Below are positions 1 through 10,677 of a stretch of 64,000 nucleotides of DNA, piece by piece. Both the position numbers and the translations under genes were made by a program. Where the stretch lies: positions 48,670,001 through 48,734,000 of the forward strand of contig OX597818.1 in assembly GCA_951406725.2 (NCBI GenBank), in the 5' to 3' direction. The stretch's first letter is position 1, and each line of letters opens with the position of its first letter. Origin of the DNA: Octopus vulgaris (Eukaryota). Below the pieces are notes generated by a model. The model saw only the letters and a program-made list of their open reading frames with translations, made no database searches and was not told the origin of the DNA.

Positions 1-150
1 GCCTCAGTACTCAACAGGTAATTATTTTATCGACCCAGAAAGGATGAAAGGCAAAGTCGACACCTTTGCAGAATTTGAACTCAGAACGTCAGGACGGACG
101 AAATGCCGCTAAGGACTTTGTCCGGCGTGCCAACGATTCTGCTAGCTTGT
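1..150 (-). mobile_element. SINE family A (tRNA-derived), partial
   Basis: Matches other copies: B-box GAGTTCAAAT and GCCTTTCATCCTTTC..GGTCGATAAA core on the minus strand. Confidence 0.8.
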
Positions 151-282
151 CTTAAACGAAAGCATTAATATTGTAACTGTTTCACTTTCCGAGATGCACC
201 TCAAATAACATATATCTATGCCATTGAAATGCTAGCGAAGTATATTTATACTCGAATCAAAACCATATCCTTAGACAAATCA

Positions 283-569
283 GGGATCTTTTCACTTTGA
301 CCGGCAATTTTTAAAATAATTTCTATGTAACTAAAAAAATTTAAACTTCGTATACTGGTAGAATGTGTTTATAAAACATCTTTTTCTCTTGGAAATTGCC
401 GAAATGCAAGAAATTAAACAACAAATAGCTTACAAACTACAGAATTTTCTCAAGAAAGACAAGAGAAAAAGATGTTTTATAATCACATTCTACCAGTATA
501 CGAAGTTTAAAATTTTTTAGTTACATAGAAATTATTTAAAAAATCTGCCGGCCAAAGCGAAAAGATCCC
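283..569. mobile_element. MITE with GGGATCTTTTC termini, long TIRs and 6-bp TSD
   Basis: GGGATCTTTT...AAAAGATCCC; about 110-bp inverted arms containing AAACTTCGTATACTGGTAGAATGTG; AAATCA duplicated at 277-282 and 570-575. Confidence 0.9.
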
Positions 570-979
570 AAATCAGAAACCCCGAAATCCCTCCTCCCCT
601 TTATTAAAGGCGGTAGTGTGTAATTTGAGAGAGAGAGGAAGATTTGACTTCTATTTCTAGCGGATAGAGTGTCCACGTAGTTGTCTCAAATGTTGTACGA
701 AAGAGTGATAATGTAAGGGAAGCAATTCCTGATTGCCGTTATATAAGTTGAGCAACGGTCCATGGTTCTGTTGTTTTGCGTCTGATGTCGTGTCGTTGAC
801 GACTTGAGCTGTAATTAAGTGTTGTGGCTTATTGAGACAGGAAATTATGAGCGCGAGATAAACTTGAGTCGTATTGTGTTGTGTCTGAGTGGCTCAAATA
901 ATATTTTTTTTCCCAAAAGAAGATGAGTTTACTCCCACAAAACCGCGGTTTTTGCTCAGATGTTGTCAGCATCACCCTC

Positions 980-1010
980 CTAACTAACGTTTCGTTCGTT
1001 TCTTTCGAAG
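980..1010 (+). promoter_or_regulatory. Candidate branch point and 3' splice acceptor of a 5' UTR intron upstream of ARV1
   Basis: CTAACTAAC, then a pyrimidine tract, then AG at 1009-1010, in a relatively CpG-rich non-repeat region. Donor not identified with certainty (GTAAGG at 713 is a candidate). Confidence 0.4.
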
Positions 1011-1312
1011 GTGTCCGATCCTCCTCTCCATCCCGTCGGTTCAGGCAGAAATACTACCAAATTCACCCGGTTGAAATGTCCTTTGAATAGACTGACAGTT
1101 GAACTAATAACATAAACATTAAATATTTAGCAATGTTGCTTTTTAAAATCAGTTATTTAGGATTTATATGAAACTTGGAAAAAACAAAAAATCTTGGTTC
1201 AAGAGTAATTTTTGATCGTCTAATTATTGATCACATCTCGCAACCATTAGGAGTCACACCTCTTGGAGTCAAGGGTTCTTGAAATATTTTGCTTCCTCGT
1301 AAAATATTGAAA

Positions 1313-2056
1313 ATGTCGAATAATAATAACTATCGATGTATAAATTGTGGTACAAGAGTCAAAGATTTGTTCCATAAACTGTCTTCGGGCCTTTTGACAT
1401 GTGTTTGTAGTAACTGCAACGAAGTGGTAGATAAATACATTGAACACGATTCTGTTTTAATATTTTTGGATGCTCTTCTTCTTAAAACACAAGCTTTTCG
1501 CCACATCTTGCACAATCGTAGTCGGAAAACAGTGTGGAAAATAACATTGACATTTTTGCTCATTGAAACACTTGCCAGGGTGATCAATTCATCGAAAGTG
1601 ATTTCGAAATGGAACAATCCTGATGCAGAGTTTTATACAATTTTGGTAACAGAATTTTTGTATATGTTTGTAGAAGTTGCTTTAGAACAAATTACTGGGG
1701 TTTTGGTTATTGTCTGTCTTTCTAAGATGTATAGTGATTTTATGAAAATACCTCATCCTGGAATGAAACCACTTCTGACAGGACTATTTTTCTCCTACTT
1801 TCTTTGTAATGTATTTATTCCACTGGTGAGTTTATGGGGTGGAAATTACAGAAGCTGGTGTTGTGCTTTGATCCAACTATTTATTCATTTATCAAAAATT
1901 CAAGTACTTAGGGTGATTTGTAATTATGGTTACTTTACAGCCACTGTCATAACATTGATGGGCTACGGGAGCCAATTATTGCTGTTTTATTGTAGAACCG
2001 GAGAACTATTCCGTTATTATATACACAACATTTGGCAATTGTGCTGTTATTATTGA
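1313..2056 (+). CDS. ARV1: ARV1 family ER membrane protein (lipid/sterol homeostasis, GPI biosynthesis), 247 aa, uninterrupted ORF
   Basis: N-terminal ARV1 homology domain: zinc motif YRCINC...CSNCNEVVDKYIEHD followed by LIFLDALLLKTQAFRHILHN, then hydrophobic transmembrane segments. First ATG is at 1313 (the ORF track starts at a TTG); TGA ends at 2056. Confidence 0.93.
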   Translation: MSNNNNYRCINCGTRVKDLFHKLSSGLLTCVCSNCNEVVDKYIEHDSVLIFLDALLLKTQAFRHILHNRSRKTVWKITLTFLLIETLARVINSSKVISKWNNPDAEFYTILVTEFLYMFVEVALEQITGVLVIVCLSKMYSDFMKIPHPGMKPLLTGLFFSYFLCNVFIPLVSLWGGNYRSWCCALIQLFIHLSKIQVLRVICNYGYFTATVITLMGYGSQLLLFYCRTGELFRYYIHNIWQLCCYY

Positions 2057-2533
2057 AAATATTTACAACCCATGTCAGAAACTGTCTGTACTCTTTTGTG
2101 ACACCCTGTTGGTGTTAAGGTTCAACTTGCAGAGTTTTGGTGCAGCCCCTTCTATACTGCTGAGTGGAATGTATTTGAAAGTTTGTCTGACGTGTCTAAT
2201 AGAGTTCTGCAAAAATCAAAAAAATTATTTGAAATAATTAATTTACTTCAGGGCGATTAGTTTCATCACCTTTTGTTTTTCTACTTTCCAATATGGGAGA
2301 ACAATTACGGTTTTTGTTTGAAATTTTTGAGAATGTGGACAATGTTGATTCATTTTAAATTGCAATAACCATATTTGGAATCTTGATTTCAATGTTTTTA
2401 AACAAGTTATTTTCAAGTGTTTACTCATTGACTACAGAAAAATTTTATTTTTTATACATCTTTTTGCATTGTTGAAAATAATATTGTTTCAAAGTTTGGC
2501 ACAAAACCACTTACTGAATATGATATGAAATCA

Positions 2534-2580
2534 AATAAAATACATTTTCTTGCCATCTCAAATAGTTTGTCATGAATAAA
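2534..2580 (+). terminator. Candidate polyadenylation signals for ARV1
   Basis: AATAAA at 2534 and 2575, about 0.5 kb after the stop codon. The AT-rich background makes this weak. Confidence 0.35.
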
Positions 2581-3384
2581 TTTATTCTAGCATGTGAATG
2601 ATTAGAAATTAACTGCTCTGTAAATGATATAGACATTATAAGCATCAACTTAAAGCAGAAAATAGCATTAGGCCCACTGATGAACAGTGGCCTTTTTTTC
2701 TTCTTTTGGGTATTAAATTAATACATATAATATCTAATGTCATGTAAATTACTCCGTCTACATTGTTGCTTTTCTACAACTTACGCCCCATTCTATTGTA
2801 TCATGCACAATACATGAGTTTATGTTGTGAAGTCTATTTGTTATATTAATCAATATTCATCTCATGCAAATAGGATAAAAAATTAATGGCTGAGATGAGT
2901 TGCTAATAAGATTATAATTTTCAGACAACATTCCTCCTTATGTATGAAGATTTGTTTCATCTCTAATCATCATCTGGTGTCTTATTACTGAATTTGGATT
3001 TTTTTTTAACAGAAAAGATCCCTAGATTTAAACTGTTTAAAAATAAAGATTTCTTATTTGAATCTAACTTGCTGCAATGTACATATAGGGCACTTGTTGA
3101 CTGTGGAGATCAAGCTTTCAACTCCACAATTGAGGATAATAATCTGGAAAATTATAATCTTATGATAAAGAGTTAATTGCTTCACTTTACTGTCAGATTC
3201 ATTTGTGAAAAGGTGTTAACACCTTTTGACTTTGGCTCTAGGGAAGTATGTACACTCAGTGTAAGACAATAATAATGAGGTTAAGGTATTGTATAATCAG
3301 TTTTAATGTTCCAACCAGTGTATTTCCTAAGATAAAGAAATAAAATAAAAATCACTTGGTGCTATTTACCTTAATTTACATATG

Positions 3385-3865
3385 ATTGCATGGGCTGATC
3401 TCTAATTGTGAAGGAAATGTGTTCAAAGGGTAGACCCAGAAAGATGTGGGATGAAGTGGTGAGAAAGGGTCTCCAGATGTTGGGCCTCACTAAGGATATG
3501 ATGAGGGGCTGAGACTTCTGGCAATTTGTTGTACTTGAGCACACACATCTAACTAAATAAAACTATGGCTATCCATGCATACAGGCAGGTCCTTTACACA
3601 CTATGCACCACATAAAAAGCACTTGTACTGTCGTCATATAGAGAGCACTCATGCTGGCATCATGTGAAGGGCACTCGTGCACGGTGCATAAAAGTACCCA
3701 GTGCACTCTGTAAAGTGGTTGGCTTTAGAGATGCCATCCAGCTGAAGAAACCATGTCAAAATAGACAATTGGAGCCTGCTCTGCTCTCCAGCTGGCCAGT
3801 TCCTTTCAAACTGTCCAACCCATGCCAGCATGGAAACAGATATTAAATGATGATGGTGATGACAG
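3385..3865 (+). mobile_element. Degraded RTE LINE 3' end with (GAT)n-tailed 3' UTR
   Basis: Encodes KGRPRKMWDEVV..LQMLGLT like the 56705 copy, followed by the GGCAYGTAAAAAGCAC-type UTR and a GAT tail. Confidence 0.75.
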
Positions 3866-4050
3866 ATAATGATGGCTAGCAGTAGTAAGAGCATCAAGCT
3901 GTGACATTGGAATATTTAAATAAAAAGGTCCACATTTGGAAAATACAATGAGTAAAAAAAAAACACTGTCCACCCAAATTTGAATATGACATAAAAAACA
4001 TGATGCATAGGTGCATACCTATAAATTTACACAAAAACTTAGAAATACTA

Positions 4051-4213
4051 ATAATCTAACATACTCACCAGTAAAACTTCCACTTTTTTCTTATTTTTAT
4101 TTTCCTAAAAAGAGTCAAAACTATTGAAAAGGTTGCAAGACGCAACGAAAATTTTAGGACAACAAAATTAAGGAAAAAGTGGAAATTTTACACCGGTGAG
4201 TGTGTTAAATTAT
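4051..4213. repeat. Imperfect fold-back (~60-bp arms) with a degenerate hammerhead-like motif in the centre
   Basis: Arms 4051-4110 and 4152-4213 are reverse complements; the centre reads TTGAAAAG-GTTGC-aagac-GCAAC-GAAA-ATTT. Confidence 0.55.
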
Positions 4214-4999
4214 AAAGCACAAAAAGAAAATGACTCTCCTCAGACACAACAGAATATGCTTCAACACACAAACTCATATAAAGAATCTTGCAAACCAAAT
4301 CAAAAAATGAAATTAGAAATACTAAGTTTTTGAAGAAAGTAAAAAAAAAAAGAACTGACGTAAATTCTCCAAATCCAATCCATTTGTGGCACTGAAAATT
4401 TGTGCGACATTCTGAAAATACTCCATCTGAGATTCTTTAGGTGAATAGATACACACATTTGGGTGTGTGCACCAACAGCTCAACCAGCACACCAACTTGA
4501 CCAATATTTATAAACACTGGGTATGCTCAACTCAAAAGGTTTTGACATTTTGTTTGTGACCAGCTTGAACTCTCTTTAGAAGAACTTAACTAAAACTCTC
4601 AGAAACACACACACATGAGCTTTCAGTTTTCATCTATTAAATCCATTCACAAGGATTTGGTCTTTGGTTGACCCAGGGCTTTAGTAGAAGACACTTGCTC
4701 AAGACCTTGTGGTTAGGAAGCAAACTTTTTACCTCATAACCCATACACCATCCAACCCATGCTAGCATGTAAAACGGATGTTAAACGATGATGATCATAT
4801 ATATTTGGTGGTAGATATGCAAAAAAGAAAAAAAATCCTATGATTATTTCTTAGGTTTCTTCAAATATTTGACATTTCAAAGAACTCAAATAATCAAGAA
4901 AAATATAAAGCTATTCTTTTTGTTTTCTCAGCCCTAATCAACATGTGTACAATGACTGATTTTCCAGCTAGGATTTACCTACATTTTATAAAATATAGT

Positions 5000-5251
5000 G
5001 GAGGCGCGTGGCTTAGTGGTTAGGGTGACAGCATCATGATCGTAAGATTGTGGTTTCGATTCCTGGACCGGGCGACGCGTTGTGTTCTTGAGCAAAACAC
5101 TTCATTTCACGTTGCTCCAGTTCACTCAGCTGGCAAAAATGAGTACCGCTGCGATGGACTGGGATCCCGTCCAGCTGGGGAACACATACGCCATTGAAAC
5201 CGGGAAATCAGGCCCATGAGCCTGACTAGGCTTTAAAAGGGCGCATTTATT
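5000..5251 (+). mobile_element. SINE family C (tRNA-derived), full length
   Basis: A-box TGGCTTAGTGG, B-box-like GTTTCGATTCC, TTGTGTTCTTGAGCAAAACAC core; near-identical minus copy at 41955. Confidence 0.88.
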
Positions 5252-5632
5252 TTTCTTTATAAAGTATCATGTCTTTTAGGATTGATTTTTAAAAAGTTTA
5301 TTTTTCCCCAGGCAATAAGGTGTGATTTGAGTGAGATTTGGTTGATATTTCTAGCAGACTGAGTAACCTAGCAGGAAAAACTTTGCTAAGTTGATAATGT
5401 TTTGGCATACACGAATGATTATAGAAACGTGCATACTAAATTTTGACAGCCTTTTAATTTAGATATTGCCTTATATTTCAACAATTTGTGATAGTTTAAG
5501 AGATTCCCTGGATGAGTTGTTGGGGTATTATTATTATTATTATTTTTTTTTTTACTATTTTATCCTATCGTCGATTCTGACAGAAAGATAGAATGGACTA
5601 AACAGAACAAGAGGAAACACGTAGCATGGACA

Positions 5633-5675
5633 GTCGTTGAAGAGGTCACTGGACGTGTGACGAAAGATTTCAGAC
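5633..5675 (+). ncRNA. Minimal hammerhead ribozyme-like motif (Penelope type, C3 to T variant)
   Basis: gtcg-TTGAAGA-g-GTCAC-tggacgt-GTGAC-GAAA-gat-TTC-agac: core, perfect 5-bp stem II, UUC site, short stem I. Confidence 0.55.
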
Positions 5676-5768
5676 AAAGGATGCTGAAATAAAAATAATG
5701 GTAATACCAAGTATATAGTGCTTGTGGTTAACTAGTAAAAAAATATGACCATCCCTAAATATATAGTA

Positions 5769-6318
5769 CAGTGCTTTTCAAACTTTTTGCTGGAGCGGAA
5801 CCCCAAGGAAACATTCCACTGGCTCAAGGAACCCCTGTGCAATAATTTAATAGTCTTATGCACACACATAGTGTTGGCGAACCTCAGGAAGCATGGAAGT
5901 TTTGAAGGATGCAGCGCTCCGACAACCAACAACTGATGCCGGCAGTTTGTTCCATGCGAGTTGCTGAAGTATGGAACAAACTGCCGGCATCAGTTGTTGG
6001 TTGTCAGAGCACTGCATCCTTCAAAACTTCCATGCTTCCTGAGGTTCGCCAACACTACACTTGATTTTCTCCCCTCCATACACACACAAGCATGTATCTG
6101 ACTCATACATTGTTCGCTTTCCAGACATTTCTACATTACTGCATATACTTTATATGCACTTTCTGACAAGTTGTGGTGCACCTGAGCACTGTGTGCAATA
6201 ATTTCATTATTATTATATCTGCACAGGAGAATTAAAAATTACTGCCGATTTTAGCAATTTTGTAACTTCTTGCGGAACCCCTGGACTGTACTGGCGGAAC
6301 CCTGGTTGAAAACCACTG
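5769..6318. mobile_element. hAT-type MITE carrying a nested CR1 fragment
   Basis: CAGTGCTTTTCAA...TTGAAAACCACTG TIRs; 8-bp TSD ATATAGTA at 5761-5768 and 6319-6326. Confidence 0.9.
5869..6215 (+). mobile_element. 5'-truncated CR1-group LINE 3' end with an inverted duplication at its 5' side
   Basis: 5958-6215 matches 12941-13195; 5869-5955 is the reverse complement of 5971-6057; (ATT)n tail. Confidence 0.9.
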
Positions 6319-6640
6319 ATATAGTATCTGTTTCAATACACGATTTCATACCAGTTGCCTTGCCAACCAAATACACAAACGTAATATGGTCAATTTATTT
6401 TCTCGTAACGAAAGACCATGGTTTTTGCTAAAAGCTGTTCGAAGTGCGGGATTTTACTTGAGTGCTATCATATACTCATATGGATTTAAATGAAGTATTA
6501 GTTTTTATTATTAAACTTAGTCAATATTGGGTTATCTAAACTCTGGACGTCCATTCTCGAACAGCTACACGTGTTTAAGAAATCCTAGTTACTTCCCTTG
6601 TGTTAACTCTGTTTTAAAGTAGCTTCACAATTATCCAATA

Positions 6641-7030
6641 CTAGCAGTATCGCCCGGCCTTATTCGGGTTTGTTTCGACCCCTTAGAATTGGAATTTTTG
6701 AAAAGCAAAAATTTTGCATTATGTAGCTTGTTATTCTCTTTAAGTGAACATTTTCCTGGTTGTAATACACCGAAAAATGGCGACACAGCAGTAAAAAAAT
6801 CGTAAAAAATAGGGATTTTGATAGAAAAAAAGCACCTTTTTGATGTAAATAACTTTTGGTTTTAACATGGTCCGATTTGAATTTTTTCTGCTACGGAATG
6901 AAGAGCAAGCCTTCTTCTATCATACTCTCAATTTTGGTCAACTTGCGCCGCAGGGTCTCGGAGGAGATAGTGTTAGTTGAAGGCTGCCAAACCTGCTATA
7001 CACAGACAACTTCAGCTTTATATATATAGA
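6641..7030 (-). mobile_element. Non-autonomous Helitron
   Basis: Minus strand begins TC and ends CTAG, inserted between A and T; GC-rich hairpin (CCCG...CGGG) just upstream of the CTAG end. Confidence 0.82.
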
Positions 7031-7763
7031 TTTATTTGCTTATGAGTTTTCTGCTTATTTTGAAAAAAAAAAAAAGCTCCACTCTAAGTGTAAGTAATGA
7101 TATAAAAACCAGGGGATACCAAAAGGAAAAAAAAGTTATATATTAAAAAGAATCAAAAAACAAATTTCTGTAAACTTGTTGCATGTAAATTGAACTGAAA
7201 GACTGAAAAGAGTAATACTAATTGAGAAAATGTCACATTTTTAAACAACGAAATTAGGTAAAAATTATAATAGACCTTTAATACTATAATTAAATTATAG
7301 TAGTCTTGTTTCATAATCGTTTTATGTCCATATTTCCATACGAGCATGGGTTAGTGGATTTTATCACTTGTCAAAATCCCTTGTCACCTGCCTGTATAGC
7401 AAAAGAGCCAAAATGCGCCTTTTGATGGTTATTTTTTTCTTAGACTAGTTTTAACAGCCAGGTCCCTCTCCTTCCACTGTAATGGAGGATCTGGGTGGAT
7501 TTTACCATGCTATTTGTACTAGTATTCAATTATTAAAATATAATTTATCTGTCTTTGAAGGTGTATGTTATCCTTCAAAACTTCCATGCTTCCTTTTAGT
7601 ATCAAAATTTGCCTGCAAACGATAAATTATTTTCATTAGTTATCCTATTATGGTATTCAGAAATATATTACTCTGCATTTATAGATATCTTGAGTGTGCA
7701 ACTATCTGCATATGTATTCATAATATAAAAACCTAAATATAAAAAATATGCACGCACACATTA

Positions 7764-7892
7764 AATAACAGTTTGATTCAGTTCCGTGAGCATAGAACAC
7801 ATCCACATCATCAAATGTTCCAACTCTCACTTTGAATATCCGATGGTGTAGATATGTAATACACCCATGAAACTTTGAGTCAAACTGTTATT
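7764..7892. repeat. Old fold-back (~55-bp arms), each arm a decayed hammerhead motif
   Basis: Right arm CCGATGG-tgtagat..cccat-GAAAC-tttga-GTC-aaactgttatt aligns to the reverse complement of the left arm TTGATGA-tgtggat..ctcac-GGAAC-tgaatc-aaactgttatt. Confidence 0.55.
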
Positions 7893-8008
7893 AAATTTAT
7901 ATAACTCTAAGTAAATGTTGGAGTCAGATCCATGGGAACACAGCACACACACACACACAAAGGAATAAGCAATTATGTTATAAACTAGGTAATGAAGTTC
8001 ATAACTTC

Positions 8009-8317
8009 AGAAAACAGCACAGCTCCCATGACTTTCGGAAACGTTTTTTCACGCTAAGAGTTGCTGAAGTATGGAACAAACTGCTGGCATTAGATGTTAG
8101 TTGTCGGAGCACTGCATCCTTCAAAACTTCCATGCTTCCTGAGATTCGTCAACACTACACCTGATTTTCTCCCCTCCATACACATGCAAGCATGTCTCTG
8201 ACTCATACACTGTTCACTTTCCAGACATTTGTACATTACTGCGTATACCTTATATGCACTTTCTGACAAGTTGTGGCGCACCTGAGCACTGTATACAATA
8301 ATTTCATTATTATTATT
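8009..8317 (+). mobile_element. CR1-group LINE 3' fragment
   Basis: Matches 12892-13195, including RKQHSSHDFRK and the (ATT)n tail. Confidence 0.9.
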
Positions 8318-8787
8318 TTTAAGCACTGCTGTAAATAGCAGAAGTGAGTTAGAACATTAAAACTTAGCGTGCATTCACAACAGAGTTCAAGGTCAATCTG
8401 TGCCAAGTGGCTTTACTCTGTGTGCTTCATTACTATGGCAACAGTCCAGATACTTACTGATCAGACCACGTATATTCCACTTTTTAAGTTGAAGGATCTA
8501 TGATCTGAAGAAAATTTACTTGCTATTTCTAGCAGATTTAGTTACTATGAAGAGCCTCACTTTGTCAATCCAGCTTCTTTGCATTTTTAATTTAAGCTTA
8601 TTTCTCAGCTGACCTTCATGAAATTATAAGGTGTCAAATTTAATAGTTCCAGGTAATTAGCAACACCACTTATGTCTAAGAGCTGGCAGAAATTGAAAAG
8701 CATTAGTCTAAATAATTTAGTTTTACCTTTCTGCACATGGATTCTGCTTAGTTTTTCTTTGCATTTCATTTGTGTGGTAAGTAGCTA

Positions 8788-9093
8788 GGCGTAGGAGTGG
8801 CTGTGTGGTAAGTAGCAAGCTTACCAACCACATGGTTCCAGGTTCAGTCCCACTGCATGGCACCTTGGGCAAGTGTCTTCTACTATAGTCTCGGGCTGAC
8901 CAAAGCCTTGTGAGTGGATTTGGTAGACAGAAACTGAAAGAAGCCCGTCATATATGTTTGTGTGTCTGTGTTTGTCCTCCCAACATCGCTTGACAACCGA
9001 TGCTGGTGTGTTTACATCCCTGTAACTTAGCGGTTCCACAAAAGAGACGGATAGAATAAGTACTAGGCTTACAAAGAATAAGTCCTGGGGTCG
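8788..9093 (+). mobile_element. SINE family B (tRNA-like head, central TA/TG microsatellite), 3' truncated
   Basis: GGCGTAGGAGTGGCTGTGTGGTAAG head, GGTTCAGTCCC B-box-like, CACCTTGGGCAAGT core. Confidence 0.88.
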
Positions 9094-9113
9094 ATAATAA
9101 TAATAATAATAAT

Positions 9114-9240
9114 AACATCAAAAAATACCTTAAGAATGAGAAGCTAGGTTTGAAATTTCCCCAAAACACCTGATGAAGCCTGGAGGGTATATCAGCCGAA
9201 ACAAGATGAGGACAAATATTTGTCGAATGTAAATAATGAA
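9114..9240 (+). mobile_element. Short hammerhead-bearing repeat, copy 1 (stem III and cleavage site deleted)
   Basis: acac-CTGATGA-agcctg-gagggtatat-cagcc-GAAAC; homologous to 44240-44373; follows a (TAA)n tract. Confidence 0.65.
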
Positions 9241-9244
9241 TCAA

Positions 9245-9378
9245 CCTCAGTACTTATTATTTACAGCCTGATATTTATTATATCAGTCCAGTTTGCTGAA
9301 CCACCAAGTTATGAGGATGTAAGCACACCAACACCAGTTGTCAATTGGTAGTGGGAGACAAACACAGACAGACAGATA

Positions 9379-9416
<38 letters not shown>

Positions 9417-9830
9417 ACAGGCTTCTTTCAGTTTCTTATTTCTTATTTCTTTATTGCCCACAAGGGGCTAAACATAGAGGGGACAAACAAGGACAGACAA
9501 AGGGATTAAGTAGATTACATTGACCCCAGTGCGTAACTGTTACCTAATTTATCAACCCCGAAAGGATGAAAGGCAAAGTCGACCTCGGTGGAATTTGAAC
9601 TCAGAATGTAATGGCAGACAAAATACCGCTAAGCATTTCGCCTGGCGTGCTAACCTTTCTGCTAGCACGCTGCCATTCCGTTTCTGTCAACCAAATCCAG
9701 TTGCAAGGCTTCTTTCAGTTTCTGTCAACCAAATCCACTTGCATGGCTTTGGTCAGCCTGAGGCTATAGTAGAAGACACTTGTCCAAGGTGCCACGCACT
9801 GAGACTGAACCTGGAATCATGTCATTGACA
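9245..9830 (-). mobile_element. SINE family B with nested SINE family A (9433-9674, -)
   Basis: Family B halves flank a complete family A copy. Confidence 0.82.
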
Positions 9831-10009
9831 AAGAAACTTAGAAACTTCATATCACACTGCTATGATTGTATTTATTCAAACAGTTGATAACTCTCTATAA
9901 TGCTCAAGTAACATACACATTGGAATACTGCTTCCTTGTTTGGATCAGTGCTGTTGCTACACATGGAATCATCCTTGACTGCATAGAAAAAGAACAAAAG
10001 AGACTATTT

Positions 10010-10241
10010 ATTTCTTTACTACCCACAAGGGACTAAACACAGAGGGGACAAACAAGGACAGACAAACAGATTAAGTCGATTATATCAACCCCAGTGCATA
10101 ACTGGTACTTAATTTATCAACCCCGAAAGGATGAAAGGCAAAGTTGACCTTGGCGGAATTTGAACTCAGAACGTAACGGCAGATGAAATACCACTATGCA
10201 TTTCGCCTGGCGTGCTAACCCCTTTGCCAGCTCGCTGCCTT
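10010..10241 (-). mobile_element. SINE family A, full length
   Basis: Head GGCAGCGAGCTGGCA, B-box and GTAAAGAAATA tail on the minus strand. Confidence 0.88.
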
Positions 10242-10677
10242 GAGACTATTTGTCTAATTGGCATGGTGCTGCTTACCAACATTTCTCCAACATTTCACTC
10301 ACAGACAAACTCACTTTATTCTGTCTTTTTCACTTCTGCTACAGTAGCCTCCTCTAAAGTCTACTTTACTCATTTCTCTCTCTCTCTCTCTCTTTTCCTT
10401 TCTTTCCTCTCTTTCTTTCTTTCTGCCTCTTGTCATACACACATTACATGTACTCATTATTTCACCTATTTCTTCCTCTCCAGAATGTTAACACTCTGAA
10501 GTTCCCTCCCTTGCTATGTTTTTTTCCTGCGTTTGTTCAAGCAGGCCATCAACCACGTTGATCTCTCTTCTCTCATAGGCCCAGTGAGGGCCATTTATGC
10601 GCCTTTTCTCCAAACCAGACCCATAAAAAATAAACCCTAATACATATACTTACAATTATTTCTTATTTATTTTGAAT

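Noticed and set aside
1289-1312. N-terminal extension of ARV1 from the ORF track
   Set aside because: It starts at TTG; the ATG at 1313 directly precedes the conserved domain.
5000-5075. tRNA genes at SINE heads (also 52306, 25870)
   Set aside because: The tRNA-like heads continue into SINE bodies and lack a proper acceptor stem.
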